Shown here piece after piece: positions 31,068 to 42,362 of a DNA stretch of 64,000 bases (the first letter of the stretch is position 1; every line of letters starts with the position of its first letter). The translations under genes and the position numbers were made by a program. Origin of the DNA: an uncultured cyanobacterium (GTDB taxonomy: Bacteria > Cyanobacteriota > Cyanobacteriia > Cyanobacteriales > Cyanobacteriaceae); assembly GCA_963749915.1 (NCBI GenBank), contig CAVVOP010000022.1, positions 480,001-544,000 of the forward strand. Reading direction: 5' to 3'. The notes below the pieces were generated by a model. That model saw nothing but the letters and a program-made list of their open reading frames with translations, ran no database searches and was not told the origin of the DNA.

Positions 31068-32222
31068 ATGTATAGTATTTTTGAATATGGAGGAATGATC
31101 AAAGATTCCGTACGGATGTCTGCTTACATTGAGACATTGCGTAGGACAGTAACACCAGAATCTATCGTTTTAGAGATTGGTACAGGCACAGGCATTTTTG
31201 CTCTTATTGCTTGTCAGTTAGGAGCGAGGAAGGTTTATGCCATTGAACCTAATAATGCGGCCATTCGGGTTGCTCAAGATATTGCCCGCGTCAATGGTTA
31301 TGGGGATAAAATTGAGTTCATTCAGAATCTATCAACTGAAATAAACCTGCCTGAAAAAGTTAGCATAATACTCTCTGATCTAAGAGGTACTCTGCCACTA
31401 TTTCAAAATCATATTCCCGTTATTGTTGATGCCAGAAAAAGATTTTTAAGTCCGAATGGTGTACTTATTCCCCAACAAGATACTCTGTGGGCATGTGTGG
31501 TAGAGGCACCAGAATTTTATCGAGATAAATATAGTTCTCCTTGGGATGATAAACCCTATGGTTTCGAGATGAAATCAGCACGGCGATTCACTACCAATAC
31601 TTGGCATAGGTATAAAGTAAAACCGGAAGAACTTTTTGTCGAATCTCAGTGCTGGTCAACTCTGGACTATAACACCAGAGAAGATCCCGATGTCAAAGGG
31701 GAACTAAATTGGACCGTAGCACGCACTGGAGTAGCCCATGGTTTAAGCGTTTGGTTTGATGCCACCTTAGCTGAAGGGATTGGTTTTTCCAATGCCCCCG
31801 ATCAAATCGGAAGCGTTCATGGTGAAGCTTTTTTCCCTTTTTCCTTTCCCGTAAATCTTTCCGAGGGGGATACTGTTTCTGTGACTTTACGAGCTGACTT
31901 AGTGGGGAATGATTATATCTGGCGTTGGCATACCCAGATATTTGCTCAAGACAATCCTGCTCAAGTTAAAACCAACTTTAAACAATCTACCTTTTTTGGT
32001 CAACCTCTATCCCTAAAACAATTACGCAAACTGGCGGAGGGTTACGAACCGAAACTCAATTCAGAGGGGAAAATAGTACAATTGACTTTGCAACTAATGA
32101 GTGAAAATAAAACTTTAGGAGATATTGCCAAGCAACTTACCCATGAATTACCACAACGCTTTTCTTCTCCACAAGAAGCTCTTACTTATGTGGGAAAAAT
32201 TTCTCAGAAATATAGTAAATAA
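31068..32222 (+). CDS. PRMT-fold class I SAM-dependent methyltransferase with RRE-like C-terminal extension
   Basis: MIKDSVRMSAY, VLEIGTGTG, GARKVYAIE, LPEKVSIILSD, RFLSPNGVLIP, HGLSVWFDA; probable ATG 31068 (track start 31029). Confidence 0.82.
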   Translation: MYSIFEYGGMIKDSVRMSAYIETLRRTVTPESIVLEIGTGTGIFALIACQLGARKVYAIEPNNAAIRVAQDIARVNGYGDKIEFIQNLSTEINLPEKVSIILSDLRGTLPLFQNHIPVIVDARKRFLSPNGVLIPQQDTLWACVVEAPEFYRDKYSSPWDDKPYGFEMKSARRFTTNTWHRYKVKPEELFVESQCWSTLDYNTREDPDVKGELNWTVARTGVAHGLSVWFDATLAEGIGFSNAPDQIGSVHGEAFFPFSFPVNLSEGDTVSVTLRADLVGNDYIWRWHTQIFAQDNPAQVKTNFKQSTFFGQPLSLKQLRKLAEGYEPKLNSEGKIVQLTLQLMSENKTLGDIAKQLTHELPQRFSSPQEALTYVGKISQKYSK

Positions 32223-32306
32223 GATAAATAAGTTCAAATCAATTCAAAAAAAATCCAGGTGTGAATTTTCCGTTGATGAGAAAATACAGATTGCCGTTTT
32301 AGGGAT

Positions 32307-32353
32307 TGGTGATTAGGAATTGGGACTGAGGAATCTCCCATTGCCCAATCACC
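32307..32353. terminator. Imperfect hairpin downstream of the lasso operon
   Basis: ggtgattaggaattggga ... tcccattgcccaatcacc, followed by a T-run. Confidence 0.45.
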
Positions 32354-32426
32354 ATTTTTTTCAAGCACGGGAGGATTGATCTGCTCAATGTTAGACTAAA
32401 AGACAGTTATTAGATAATTTTAATCA

Positions 32427-33257
32427 ATGTTGGAGACAAAAGAACAAAACTCTCAATCTTATTTCACAAAATTGGGCCTAACCAATAGATTTGGGCCAGT
32501 TCCCGAAACAACAATCGAGAAAAACCATCCTAGCCCATCAGCTTTAAATGAAAATTCTCTCAAAGTTTTAAGTTGGAATATCGCTAAAAATAATCGTCGT
32601 CAAAGCTGGACTAGGGATTTTCTCGCCATTGTCGAGCAATACCAGCCAGATAAAATCTTTTTGCAGGAAGTTCGTTTATGTTCCAGAGTTAGAGACATTC
32701 CTGAATTGAGAAATATGGGTTGGAGTTTTGCACCTAACTTTATCGATAGTTTTGACTATACCTATTCGGGAATTTTAATCGCTACTAAGGCAGAACTCCT
32801 GAATAGCAGATCTTTGATTACTAAACATTATGAACCAGTTACTAACACTCCTAAAGTTTCTCTATTTGCGGAATATTTTTTATCAGATAGCCTCGGAAGT
32901 TTACTAGCTGTAAATACTCATTTGATTAATTTTGTTGAACTAAGCAAGTTTAAAGCCCAATTACAAGAAATAGAGTTAATACTCTCCGGGCATCAGGGAG
33001 CAATCATTTTTTCAGGAGACTTTAATACTTGGAATCGTTCCCGGTGGTTGCTTTTGTCCCAGATGGCCACTAGACTAAATTTAACGTCGGTATCTTTTAG
33101 CCCTTGGGATACAAGAAAAATTAAAAACTTTTTGTTATCCCCGCCACTAGATTACATTTTTTATCGGGGATTTAATCAAAAACCATTCAGTGCTAAGGTA
33201 ATAGACAATATTTCTTCCTCTGATCATAATCCCCTTTTGGTAGAGTTTGGTCGTTAA
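32427..33257 (+). CDS. Endonuclease/exonuclease/phosphatase family protein (YafD/YbhP-like)
   Basis: LSWNIAK, FLQE, NTHLINF, SGDFNTW, LDYIFYRG, SSDHNPL. Confidence 0.9.
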   Translation: MLETKEQNSQSYFTKLGLTNRFGPVPETTIEKNHPSPSALNENSLKVLSWNIAKNNRRQSWTRDFLAIVEQYQPDKIFLQEVRLCSRVRDIPELRNMGWSFAPNFIDSFDYTYSGILIATKAELLNSRSLITKHYEPVTNTPKVSLFAEYFLSDSLGSLLAVNTHLINFVELSKFKAQLQEIELILSGHQGAIIFSGDFNTWNRSRWLLLSQMATRLNLTSVSFSPWDTRKIKNFLLSPPLDYIFYRGFNQKPFSAKVIDNISSSDHNPLLVEFGR

Positions 33258-33284
33258 TAAATAACTAGATAATCTTAATGATGG

Positions 33285-34727
33285 ATGATGACAGCGATTA
33301 ATTTTCTCTCAATTTTCAGCGTAGTATCAATATTTGTTCATTGTTTGGGCATTGCTAATGCTGGTCATGCTGTCATGAAGGTGCGTTCCTCTAGGGGTGC
33401 GATCGCTTGGGGAATTGCTTTGATTACCCTACCTTGGTTAGCCATTCCTTTGTATTGGATTTTGGGAAAGAATAAATTTCAAGGATATGCCGAAGCTCTA
33501 AATAGTGCTTATCTCGAACATCAAAAATTAGTCCATTATGCATATAATGAAATACTAGAATTTGGAGCTGTACTACCAAGTGAGTTTGCTACTTTAGAAA
33601 AACTCGCAGCAGAATTTACACCTCTTCCTTTTACCTCCAGCAATGGCATTGAATTATTAATTAATGGTCAGCAAACTTACCCACAAATGCTCAATGCCAT
33701 CGCCAAGGCGAAGGATTATATTCTGCTGCAATCTTATATTATCAACAGTGATGAAGTTGGGAATAAATTTAGGGAAGCTTTGATTGTAAAAGCTAAAGAA
33801 GGAGTAAAGGTTAATGTACTTTATGATGAAATTGGTTCCCACAAACTATCCCGCGCTTATCTTAAATCTCTGGGTCAAAATGCCATTAAAGTTAGTGCTT
33901 TTCGTACCACTCAAGGTAAAGGAAATCGCTGGCAACTTAACTTTCGCAACCATCGTAAAATACTCATTATTGATGGACAAATCGCTTTTATGGGGGGCTT
34001 GAATATTGGCGATGAATATCTAGGAAAAAATCCCCGTTTTGGTTATTGGCGAGATACCCATGTGAAGCTCCAAGGACCTGCGGTTAAATGTTTACAAACA
34101 ACCTTTCTCCGAGACTGGTATTGGGCGACCAAAGAACTCCCCACCGTGTCTTGGGAGGTACAAAAAAACGATGGGCATCGGCAAACTGCATTTATCTTAG
34201 GTACGGGTCCTGCCGATAAACTGCAAGCTTGCACTTTGTTTTTCCTCAATCTGATTAACCAAGCAGAAAAAAGGCTGTGGATTGCCAGTCCTTACTTTGT
34301 TCCTGATGATTCCATCCTCAATGCTTTAAAACTAGCGGCAATGCGTGGTGTTGATGTGCGAATTATCTTACCAAATCATCCCGATCACTTATTGGTCTAT
34401 CTCTGCTCTTTTTCTTACTATGCCGAGTTACGGGAGGTCGGAATTAAGTTATATCGTTACCGCCCTGGATTTATGCATCAAAAAGTTATCTTGTGCGATG
34501 GCAATCTCGCGGGAGTAGGTACGGCTAATCTTGATAATCGCTCATTCTTTTTAAATTTTGAAGTTATGACTTTTGTGATCACTCCTGACTTTATTGAAAG
34601 TGTCGAGGCTATGCTGTTAGATGACTTGAATGCTTCCAATCCGGTTGACTTTTCCCAATACGAGAAAAAAAGTTTTTGGTTTAAGTTAGGGGCTAGGATA
34701 TCTCGTTTGTTAGAACCCATACTCTAG
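33285..34727 (+). CDS. cls: Cardiolipin synthase (PLD superfamily)
   Basis: N-terminal TM pair; two HKD motifs (NHRKILIIDG, MHQKVILCD); GGLNIGDEY, WRDTH, SPYFVPD, NLDNRSF.LNFE. Confidence 0.92.
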   Translation: MMTAINFLSIFSVVSIFVHCLGIANAGHAVMKVRSSRGAIAWGIALITLPWLAIPLYWILGKNKFQGYAEALNSAYLEHQKLVHYAYNEILEFGAVLPSEFATLEKLAAEFTPLPFTSSNGIELLINGQQTYPQMLNAIAKAKDYILLQSYIINSDEVGNKFREALIVKAKEGVKVNVLYDEIGSHKLSRAYLKSLGQNAIKVSAFRTTQGKGNRWQLNFRNHRKILIIDGQIAFMGGLNIGDEYLGKNPRFGYWRDTHVKLQGPAVKCLQTTFLRDWYWATKELPTVSWEVQKNDGHRQTAFILGTGPADKLQACTLFFLNLINQAEKRLWIASPYFVPDDSILNALKLAAMRGVDVRIILPNHPDHLLVYLCSFSYYAELREVGIKLYRYRPGFMHQKVILCDGNLAGVGTANLDNRSFFLNFEVMTFVITPDFIESVEAMLLDDLNASNPVDFSQYEKKSFWFKLGARISRLLEPIL

Positions 34728-34899
34728 TGGTCTGACAACTTTGTTTTGAGGGACCGGGAACGGATAATTTTGGATCTCTTGGTCGGCATTCCCTCTCTTG
34801 GTGGACGTTCCCTTGCGACTTCCGTCGTCGCGGGGTCCGACCGCTTTTGGATTTTGGAGAATTGTTTTATCCCTGATTTCAAAATTGGCAGACTACTAG
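34724..34899. mobile_element. MITE-like element with about 30-bp imperfect TIRs bounded by CTAG
   Basis: Left CTAGTGGTCTGACAACTTTGTTTTGAGGGA vs right (reverse complement) CTAGTAGTCTGCCAATTTTGAAATCAGGGA; GC-richer noncoding interior. Confidence 0.75.
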
Positions 34900-34917
34900 T
34901 GAGAAAGTGCCTCAATC

Positions 34918-37488
34918 TTATTCTTCCGTCATCGCTGATTCTTCAGCTTCTGCCGATGGTGGGACTAAGGCAATGGCAGCGATTGCGTCATCGGAATCAA
35001 GTTTTTGAACCCTTACTCCACTAGCATTACGGGACTGGAGAGAGACCGCATTAACATCACAACGGATAATAATACCACGAGTAGTGATAATCATAAATTC
35101 ATCATCACTATTAACAATTTGTAAAGCCGCTAATTCTTCCTTCGGCTTGCGGAAACGAATAGCTTTTACCCCAATGCCAGCCCGTCTTTGTAAACGGAAT
35201 TGAGAGACAGGAACTCTCTTCCCGTAACCACTGGTGGTCACAGCCAAAGCCCAAGGGGCATTTTTGCTGGTATCATTGTTTAGTTCTTCTTCATTCTCAA
35301 TATTATCATCATCGTCGTTTTCTCCAGCCTCAGCAATATTCGCCACAATTTGAGACGGTAGAATGTCCATACTAATAATTTGATCACCTGATCGCAATTT
35401 CATGGATTTAACCCCTTTTGCCGTGCGACTGAGGGGACGTAATTGTTGATTATCGGCATGAAAGTGAATAGCCATACCACGACGAGAACCAATTAAAATA
35501 CTATCCTCTTGAGTCGCTAACCGTACCCACCGCAATTCGTCATTATCCTCTAAAGAAATGGCAATTAAACCGTTGCTGCGAATATTGCCAAAGGCTGATA
35601 GGGCAGTTTTTTTGACAAACCCTTTTTTGGTAAGCATGACTAAATATTCATGATCTGTAAATTCGCTTACTGGTATGATGGAAGTAATTTTCTCGTCACT
35701 GGCAACGGGCAATAATTGTACTATTGGTACACCCCTTGCAGCACGGGAACTAGAGGGTATTTGATAGGCACTTAGTCCATATACTACCCCTTTATCACTA
35801 AAGAATAATACCCGATCGTGATCACATCCCGTGAAGAAATGTTCGACGACATCATCCTCTTTAATTTTTGCTCCTGATTTACCTCTTGTGGCACGGTTTT
35901 GAGCCTCAAAGGTATTGACGAGCATTTTTTTTAAGTAACCTTGTTGGGTTAATAAAATTACCACCTGTTCATTCGCAATTAAGTCAATATCACCTAAATC
36001 TCCATCGGCTTGGACAATTTCTGTACGGCGAGGGGTAGCGTGAATAGTCTTAATTTCCGCTAATTCTTCCTCAATAATGGTGTAAATTCGCTCTCTACGT
36101 GCTAAAATGTCGTTTAAATCTATGATTTGAGCCATTAAGTCCTGATGTTCAGCTTCGATTTTTTCAGCTTCAAGGGCGGTTAATCGTCGCAATTGCATCT
36201 GTAAAATAGCATCGGCTTGAGTTTCAGAAAGTTCAAAATCCGTTACTAACTCTTGTTTTGCTGTACCAGTATCCGCCGCACCTCTAATTAATCGAATCAC
36301 CGCATCAAGATTACTCAAGGCGATCAATAAACCTTGTAATAAATGATCTCTTTCTTCGGCTTTTTTGAGCAAATAAAGGGTGCGTCGGGTAATAGCTTCT
36401 ACTCGAAAATCGAGGAATACTTCTAAAAACTTGCGCAAAGTCAATAATTGTGGCTCATTATTCACCAAAGCCAACATATTTGCCCCGAAATTACTTTGAA
36501 TCGCTGTTTGTTTATAAAGGTTATTTAAGACAACTCTAGGGTAAGCATCCCGTTTTAATTCTATAACAATGCGCATCCCGTTACGATCGCTTTCGTCTCG
36601 GATGTCAGAAATACCATCAATTTTCTTATCATTGACTAATTCAGCAATTTTCTCAATTAAACTCGCCTTATTAGTTTGATAGGGTAATTCGGTAACAATA
36701 ATTGCTTCTTTATCCTGTCTGCCTTTATTAGAAACCGTTTCAATATTGGCCACGCCGCGCATGGTAATCGAACCTCGGCCAGTAGTATAAGCCTCCTTAA
36801 TGCCCTGTCTGCCAAGAATTTGTGCTCCTGTGGGAAAATCAGGACCAGGGATATACTGCATTAACTCTAAATCCGTAATCTCAGGATTGTGAATCATTGC
36901 CACGGCACCATCAATCAATTCCGCTAAATTATGGGGAGGAATATTGGTCGCCATACCCACAGCAATACCCGTCGCACCATTTAACAATAATTGAGGTATT
37001 CTGGCAGGTAACACTACAGGTTCTTGTTGTGAACCATCAAAATTATCGATAAAATCAACTGTTTCCGCTTCAATATCTCGTAATAGGCCATTAGTGGCTA
37101 AAGCCTGTAAACGACACTCCGTATAACGCATCGCCGCCGGAGGATCATTATCGATACTACCAAAATTTCCATGACCATTGATGAGGGGGTTACGCATGGA
37201 AAAATCTTGTGCCATCCTTACCAAAGCATCATATACTGCCGTATCACCGTGAGGATGATATTTACCCAAAACTTCCCCTACAACTCTCGCACATTTACGA
37301 AAAGGGCGATCGGGCATTAATCCTAGTTCATACATGGCGTAAAGAATGCGACGATGAACAGGCTTTAATCCATCCCTTGCATCAGGCAACGCCCTACCGA
37401 CAATAACGCTCATGGCGTATTCTAGGTAAGAGCGAGACATTTCGTTGGTTAAATTAGTGGGTACTATGCGTTCTTGGATAGATGTCAT
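34918..37488 (-). CDS. gyrA: DNA gyrase subunit A
   Basis: [26 protein letters not shown], GyrA box-like QNRATRG, C-terminal pinwheel repeats. Confidence 0.97.
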   Translation of the reverse strand: MTSIQERIVPTNLTNEMSRSYLEYAMSVIVGRALPDARDGLKPVHRRILYAMYELGLMPDRPFRKCARVVGEVLGKYHPHGDTAVYDALVRMAQDFSMRNPLINGHGNFGSIDNDPPAAMRYTECRLQALATNGLLRDIEAETVDFIDNFDGSQQEPVVLPARIPQLLLNGATGIAVGMATNIPPHNLAELIDGAVAMIHNPEITDLELMQYIPGPDFPTGAQILGRQGIKEAYTTGRGSITMRGVANIETVSNKGRQDKEAIIVTELPYQTNKASLIEKIAELVNDKKIDGISDIRDESDRNGMRIVIELKRDAYPRVVLNNLYKQTAIQSNFGANMLALVNNEPQLLTLRKFLEVFLDFRVEAITRRTLYLLKKAEERDHLLQGLLIALSNLDAVIRLIRGAADTGTAKQELVTDFELSETQADAILQMQLRRLTALEAEKIEAEHQDLMAQIIDLNDILARRERIYTIIEEELAEIKTIHATPRRTEIVQADGDLGDIDLIANEQVVILLTQQGYLKKMLVNTFEAQNRATRGKSGAKIKEDDVVEHFFTGCDHDRVLFFSDKGVVYGLSAYQIPSSSRAARGVPIVQLLPVASDEKITSIIPVSEFTDHEYLVMLTKKGFVKKTALSAFGNIRSNGLIAISLEDNDELRWVRLATQEDSILIGSRRGMAIHFHADNQQLRPLSRTAKGVKSMKLRSGDQIISMDILPSQIVANIAEAGENDDDDNIENEEELNNDTSKNAPWALAVTTSGYGKRVPVSQFRLQRRAGIGVKAIRFRKPKEELAALQIVNSDDEFMIITTRGIIIRCDVNAVSLQSRNASGVRVQKLDSDDAIAAIALVPPSAEAEESAMTEE

Positions 37489-38068
37489 AAGTATTTTTAA
37501 GCAATGATTAGTTATCTACTGCAATAACTAATTAGTTTGAGGATGACAGTAGTTAGTTTTGACGATGTAAGGTCAATCTACTCCCAAAATAATTAAATTA
37601 GGGCGTTTGAATCTTTACATCCTGAAATTATTTTATTAATGGTTGTATTTTAGCATATTCGGGCAGTTAAAATTCCACAATACCCATAAACTAATCAGGA
37701 CAAACCCACGGGTTTATTTAGGTTTCCAAAATAGCTCGAAAAACCCCATCAGTTTGTACTTTCAGTCGAGCAATTGACTAACAATTTTCCCAAAAGCGAA
37801 TCAGATGGTTTAACTTCTCAGTTCAGACGTGCCGCCATTTCCATCCCCGCAAATATTCCAATAGTATTGAGTGCAAAAAAACTCCTGACTCCTACTTTTA
37901 AAGTAATGAGTAGAAAAAAAGCATTTACAACCGAAACGTTACTATAATTTATGTGATTAAATAATGAACTACGCTAAAGTAAAATCTAAACCCCTGATTA
38001 TTTTTTCTGCAAAATTGAGAACAAAGGCTAGAATTAGCAATTATTCATTATCCGTTATCAATTATAAT

Positions 38069-38659
38069 ATGAACATTCAAGTAGGACAAAAAGCACCAGA
38101 TTTCACAGCTACGGCAGTTATTGGGCAAGAGTTTAAAGTCGTTAAATTATCTGACTATTTGGGGCAATATGTGGTGTTATTCTTCTATCCCCTTGATTTT
38201 ACCTTTGTTTGCCCAACGGAAATTATCGCCTTTAGCGATCGCCACAGTGAATTTGAGAGTTTGAACAGCGAAATATTGGGGGTTTCCGTAGATAGCGAAT
38301 TTTCCCATTTAGCCTGGATTCAAACCGAGAGGAAACAAGGAGGTATCGGTGACATTGAATATCCCTTAATTTCCGATTTGAAAAAAGAAATTAGTACCGC
38401 TTACAACGTATTAGAACCTAATGCTGGTGTGGCATTAAGAGGTTTATTTATCATTGATCCCCAAGGGTTCATACAATATCTGACAGTGAATAACCTTTCT
38501 TTTGGGCGTAGTGTTGATGAAACATTAAGAATCTTAAAAGCTATTCAATATGTGCAATCCCACGATAACGAAGTGTGTCCTGTGGGTTGGCAAGAAGGAG
38601 ACAAAACCATGAATCCTGATCCCATCAAGTCTAAAGTTTACTTTTCCTCTCTCGGTTAA
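38069..38659 (+). CDS. 2-Cys peroxiredoxin (AhpC/TSA)
   Basis: [24 protein letters not shown]; probable ATG 38069 (track start 37964). Confidence 0.95.
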   Translation: MNIQVGQKAPDFTATAVIGQEFKVVKLSDYLGQYVVLFFYPLDFTFVCPTEIIAFSDRHSEFESLNSEILGVSVDSEFSHLAWIQTERKQGGIGDIEYPLISDLKKEISTAYNVLEPNAGVALRGLFIIDPQGFIQYLTVNNLSFGRSVDETLRILKAIQYVQSHDNEVCPVGWQEGDKTMNPDPIKSKVYFSSLG

Positions 38660-38710
38660 CAAATATTAAGTGTAGAATGGTTAAAAAACCACAATTAATA
38701 ATTGAAGTTT

Positions 38711-39067
38711 ATGACACAAGCAACAGCAGTTTCTAAGGGTATACAGTTAACAGAAAATGCCCTTCACCACGTTTTAATGTTAAAACAACAACAGGGTAAT
38801 GAGGATCTGTGTTTACGGGTCGGCGTCAGACAGGGCGGTTGTTCTGGCATGTCTTATCTGATGGACTTTGAAAATATAAGTAACATCACTGAACATGATG
38901 ACGTTTTTGATTATGATGGTTTTAAAATAGTCTGCGATCGCAAAAGCTTATTATTTTTGTACGGCTTAGTCCTAGATTATAGTAACGCTATGATTGGTGG
39001 CGGTTTTCAATTCACCAATCCCAATGCCAATCAAACCTGCGGTTGTGGAAAATCTTTTGCTGCTTAA
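38711..39067 (+). CDS. Fe-S cluster assembly accessory protein (IscA/SufA/HesB)
   Basis: [20 protein letters not shown]. Confidence 0.95.
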   Translation: MTQATAVSKGIQLTENALHHVLMLKQQQGNEDLCLRVGVRQGGCSGMSYLMDFENISNITEHDDVFDYDGFKIVCDRKSLLFLYGLVLDYSNAMIGGGFQFTNPNANQTCGCGKSFAA

Positions 39068-39189
39068 TTTTGGATTATTTGACAATTAACAATTAATGAC
39101 TAACTAATGAAACCTTGCACTCCCATTAAAAATTGCCTGGTTAGGGAAGGGAATAGAGAACAGTAGTAATAATTGAATTTTATATAAAG

Positions 39190-39459
39190 ATGGCTAAATA
39201 TATTTTATTCGGAAGTTATTGTGGGAATGCTCTAGAAAAAAGGAGTCCCTATCGTCAAGCACATTTAGACGGATTGGGAAAGCAAAAAGAATCAGGTATT
39301 TTAATAACCCTAGGTCCAACAAAAGATAATACTAAAGTATTTGGTATTTACGAGGCTGATAATGAAGAAACTGTCAAAAATATAATCGAATCTGATCCTT
39401 ATTGGCAAAACGGTATTTGGACTGATTATGAAATAAAAGAGTGGATTCAGGCTTTTTAA
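39190..39459 (+). CDS. YciI family protein
   Basis: R.PYRQAHL, LGP, DPYWQNGIW. Confidence 0.85.
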   Translation: MAKYILFGSYCGNALEKRSPYRQAHLDGLGKQKESGILITLGPTKDNTKVFGIYEADNEETVKNIIESDPYWQNGIWTDYEIKEWIQAF

Positions 39460-39618
39460 TTATCATAGGAGAATCCGTCATTATTAGTAAGTAATTATCA
39501 ATTAGTAAGTGATTATCAGGGAAAAATAAAGGTAAAAGAAAATACAATAATCAGCCTTTTTTTTCGTTAAATGATTAAAGAAGATTAATCAGATTCAGAT
39601 CTGCAAATTAGAAAAATT

Positions 39619-40815
39619 ATGGGCCATAGCAAAAGAATCGGTATTTTAACCAGTGGTGGAGATTGTCCGGGATTAAATGCCATTATCAGGGCAGTTGTCA
39701 AATATTCCACTTTGAAACAATGGGAAGTTTTTGGAATCCCTCGTGGCACGGATGGTTTTATTGACGTTGCTAAAGGGAAATTAGAAGTCGATGACCTCAA
39801 ATTACAACCTCATGGTTATGACGTACCTGGAGTATTACAGGGGCTTGATATACTTCAGTTTATGAGTGGTAGTGTTTTGGGTTCTCTTAGTAGAGGAAAT
39901 CCAAAAGAAGAACAGGTCACTGATGATATTCTTGAAGGGTATAAACTTTTGGGATTAGACGCCTTAATTGCTATTGGTGGAGATGGTAGTTTAGACATCG
40001 TCTATGACTTGGCCAAAAAAGGAAATTGGAATTTAGTAGTTATCCCGAAAACTATTGATAACGATGTAGCATTTACCGAACGTTCGGTGGGCTTTGACAC
40101 CGCAAGGAATACAGTGACTCAAGCCTTATATGATCTTACCTTTACTGCCGCTAGTCATGAGCGTATTATGGTGGTACAAATTATGGGTAGAGATGCCGGA
40201 CATTTAGCCTTACATTCAGGTATTGCCGGAGGTGCGGATTGTATTTTAATTCCTGAACTTACCCCCAAATTAACAGAAAAAACCATTGAAGGAATTTGTA
40301 AATATATTGCCAAATTAAGAAAAGATAGACGAAGATTTGCCTTAATTGTGATAGCGGAGGGCGTTCATGGATTAAACAATCAAAAAGATCCTTATATTTC
40401 AGAAACTTTAGCTAATTTAATTACTGAATATAGTCATCGTCTGTGTAGCAGTAATCATGCCGACTATGAAGGTTTAAATCAAGTTGATACTCGTGCTACT
40501 ATCTTAGGACATTTACAACGTTGTGGTGCACCTAGTTCTTTCGATCGCATTTTAGCCACCGTTTTCGGCATCAAAGCCCTACACCTCATTGAAGAAGAAC
40601 GTTATAATCGTCTCGTTATCTGGCAAAATGGCAGTGTTGAGAGTAAATCTTTAGAACAAATAATGCCGATGATTAAATGGTGTCATCAAGAGAAAACTTG
40701 TCCTTCCCCTGTAGATCCTGAAGGCTTCATGGTGAGAACAGCTTTATCTTTAGGAATTTACGTCGGTGAATCCCATGTTCACCCTGAGAACTTCAACGAC
40801 AAAACTGATAATTAA
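39619..40815 (+). CDS. pfkA: 6-phosphofructokinase
   Basis: [35 protein letters not shown]. Confidence 0.95.
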   Translation: MGHSKRIGILTSGGDCPGLNAIIRAVVKYSTLKQWEVFGIPRGTDGFIDVAKGKLEVDDLKLQPHGYDVPGVLQGLDILQFMSGSVLGSLSRGNPKEEQVTDDILEGYKLLGLDALIAIGGDGSLDIVYDLAKKGNWNLVVIPKTIDNDVAFTERSVGFDTARNTVTQALYDLTFTAASHERIMVVQIMGRDAGHLALHSGIAGGADCILIPELTPKLTEKTIEGICKYIAKLRKDRRRFALIVIAEGVHGLNNQKDPYISETLANLITEYSHRLCSSNHADYEGLNQVDTRATILGHLQRCGAPSSFDRILATVFGIKALHLIEEERYNRLVIWQNGSVESKSLEQIMPMIKWCHQEKTCPSPVDPEGFMVRTALSLGIYVGESHVHPENFNDKTDN

Positions 40816-40872
40816 CAATTAACAATTAACAATTAACAATTAACAATATTCTGAATTTTGAATTCTGAATTT
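40811..40872 (+). repeat. Heptamer tandem repeats (ATTAACA)x5 then (TTCTGAA)-like x3
   Basis: Seen directly after the pfkA stop. Confidence 0.8.
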
Positions 40873-40969
40873 CCCCAATAATGGTGTTATTGCCTCACCT
40901 ATTGTCATTAATTAATAGATGCGAATTTGTCTACCTTTATCTAAGGACTTTTTTTAGCAACGCCTATTT

Positions 40970-40988
40970 ATTAATCTAATCTTAACTT
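40970..40988 (+). promoter_or_regulatory. Possible SphR/Pho-box half sites upstream of pstB
   Basis: ATTAATCT-N3-CTTAACTT, two PyTTAAPyPy(T/A)-like units 11 bp apart; only two units and an AT-rich context. Confidence 0.3.
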
Positions 40989-41132
40989 AGATTTGTCGAA
41001 GAAGAATTATAATTGTTTGAGTACTCGTATATTAATAATTTACATAATTGGCGGCTGATTTTCCCTGCCGATTTATGATCACAAAAAAACTTAAATTAAC
41101 TGTTCATTGAATTTAAATAATAAACTAAAATT

Positions 41133-41942
41133 ATGAGTAATTTATCTTCCTCAGCAATCATCGACGAAGCGGTATTAAGGACGGAAAATGTTGATGTTTA
41201 CTATGGTTCACACAAAGCCGTAGCGGGAGTTAATTTAGAAATTCCTAAAAATAATGCGGTTGCTTTTATTGGTCCTTCTGGTTGTGGTAAAAGCACAATT
41301 TTGCGCTGTTTTAACCGTATGAATGATTTAGTGGCTAGTGCTAGAATTCACGGTAAAATCACTTTCAGAGGAAAAAATATTTATGGTAATAATGTAGATC
41401 CTGTCAAATTAAGAACTAATATTGGCATGGTATTCCAAAAACCGAATCCTTTCCCTAAATCAATTTATGAGAATATTGCATGGGGTGCAAGAATTAACGG
41501 TTACAAAGGTAATATGAATGACCTAGTGGAAGATTCATTGCAAAAAGCCGCTTTGTGGGATGAGGTCAAAGATAAATTGCGTGAGAGTGGTTTAGCATTA
41601 TCTGGTGGACAACAACAGCGTTTATGTATTGCTAGAACTATAGCCATTCAACCTGATGTTATTTTAATGGATGAACCTTGTTCTGCACTAGATCCTATCT
41701 CTACCCTGAAAGTGGAGGAATCCATTCATGAACTAAAACGCAATTACACTATAATTATTGTTACCCACAATATGCAACAAGCCTCAAGGGTATCTGATTA
41801 TACTGCCTTTTTCAATGCCAAAAGTGTGGAAGGAGGAAGCGGTAAACTGGGTTATTTAGTAGAATACGATCGCACAGAAAATATCTTTCAATATCCCGCG
41901 GAACAAGCTACCCAAGAGTATGTTAGTGGACGTTTTGGGTAA
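41133..41942 (+). CDS. pstB: Phosphate ABC transporter ATP-binding protein
   Basis: [44 protein letters not shown]. Confidence 0.96.
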   Translation: MSNLSSSAIIDEAVLRTENVDVYYGSHKAVAGVNLEIPKNNAVAFIGPSGCGKSTILRCFNRMNDLVASARIHGKITFRGKNIYGNNVDPVKLRTNIGMVFQKPNPFPKSIYENIAWGARINGYKGNMNDLVEDSLQKAALWDEVKDKLRESGLALSGGQQQRLCIARTIAIQPDVILMDEPCSALDPISTLKVEESIHELKRNYTIIIVTHNMQQASRVSDYTAFFNAKSVEGGSGKLGYLVEYDRTENIFQYPAEQATQEYVSGRFG

Positions 41943-42138
41943 ACCTCCCTCGAAATAAAGGCGCGATGGTAATCGCTTTATTTAATATTAATAAGAATAA
42001 CCGAAATAATTAGCATTAACCGCTGTATATTTTGCTTGTTTTTTCCACATATTTTCTCTTAGGGAATCTTAGGAAAGAATATTTGTGTATTCACTATCCT
42101 TTTTATAAAGAACATTGGGGAATCGAAAAATAAGATAA

Positions 42139-42210
42139 CTGGGATGCTAGGATTCGAACCTAGGAATGGCGAGACCAAAACCCGCTGCCTTACCGCTTGG
42201 CGACATCCCA
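42139..42210 (-). tRNA. trnQ: tRNA-Gln(UUG)
   Basis: Reverse complement TGGGATGTCGCCAAGCGGTAAGGCAGCGGGTTTTGGTCTCGCCATTCCTAGGTTCGAATCCTAGCATCCCAG folds as a cloverleaf with anticodon TTG; no encoded CCA. Confidence 0.96.
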
Positions 42211-42362
42211 TCGATTTCGCACATTTATTAATATAACAAAGCCTTAACAAATTTGTCAAGGCGAAAATTAATTTTTTATTAAGATTAATGCTATAAAATC
42301 TAAGTAATAATTAAGGAAATAGAGAATCAAGAATAGGCAATAGAAAAAGTAAAAGTAGTTAA

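Noticed and set aside
23892..32222. Absence of HIP1 sites as proof of horizontal transfer of the lasso cluster
   Set aside because: HIP1 sites are sparse across the whole window, so an 8-kb gap is not convincing without a genome-wide count
34724..35024. ORFs 34724-34915 and 34746-35024
   Set aside because: They span the MITE-like element and the gyrA 3' end; no coding signal
37489..38068. Possible ncRNA in the long gyrA-peroxiredoxin intergenic region
   Set aside because: No recognisable RNA family or strong structure by eye
42139..42210. tRNA-Gln as the integration site for the RM island
   Set aside because: aroC lies between them; no duplicated tRNA 3' end or integrase seen
42059..42259. 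66-aa ORF
   Set aside because: It is a translation of the tRNA-Gln gene
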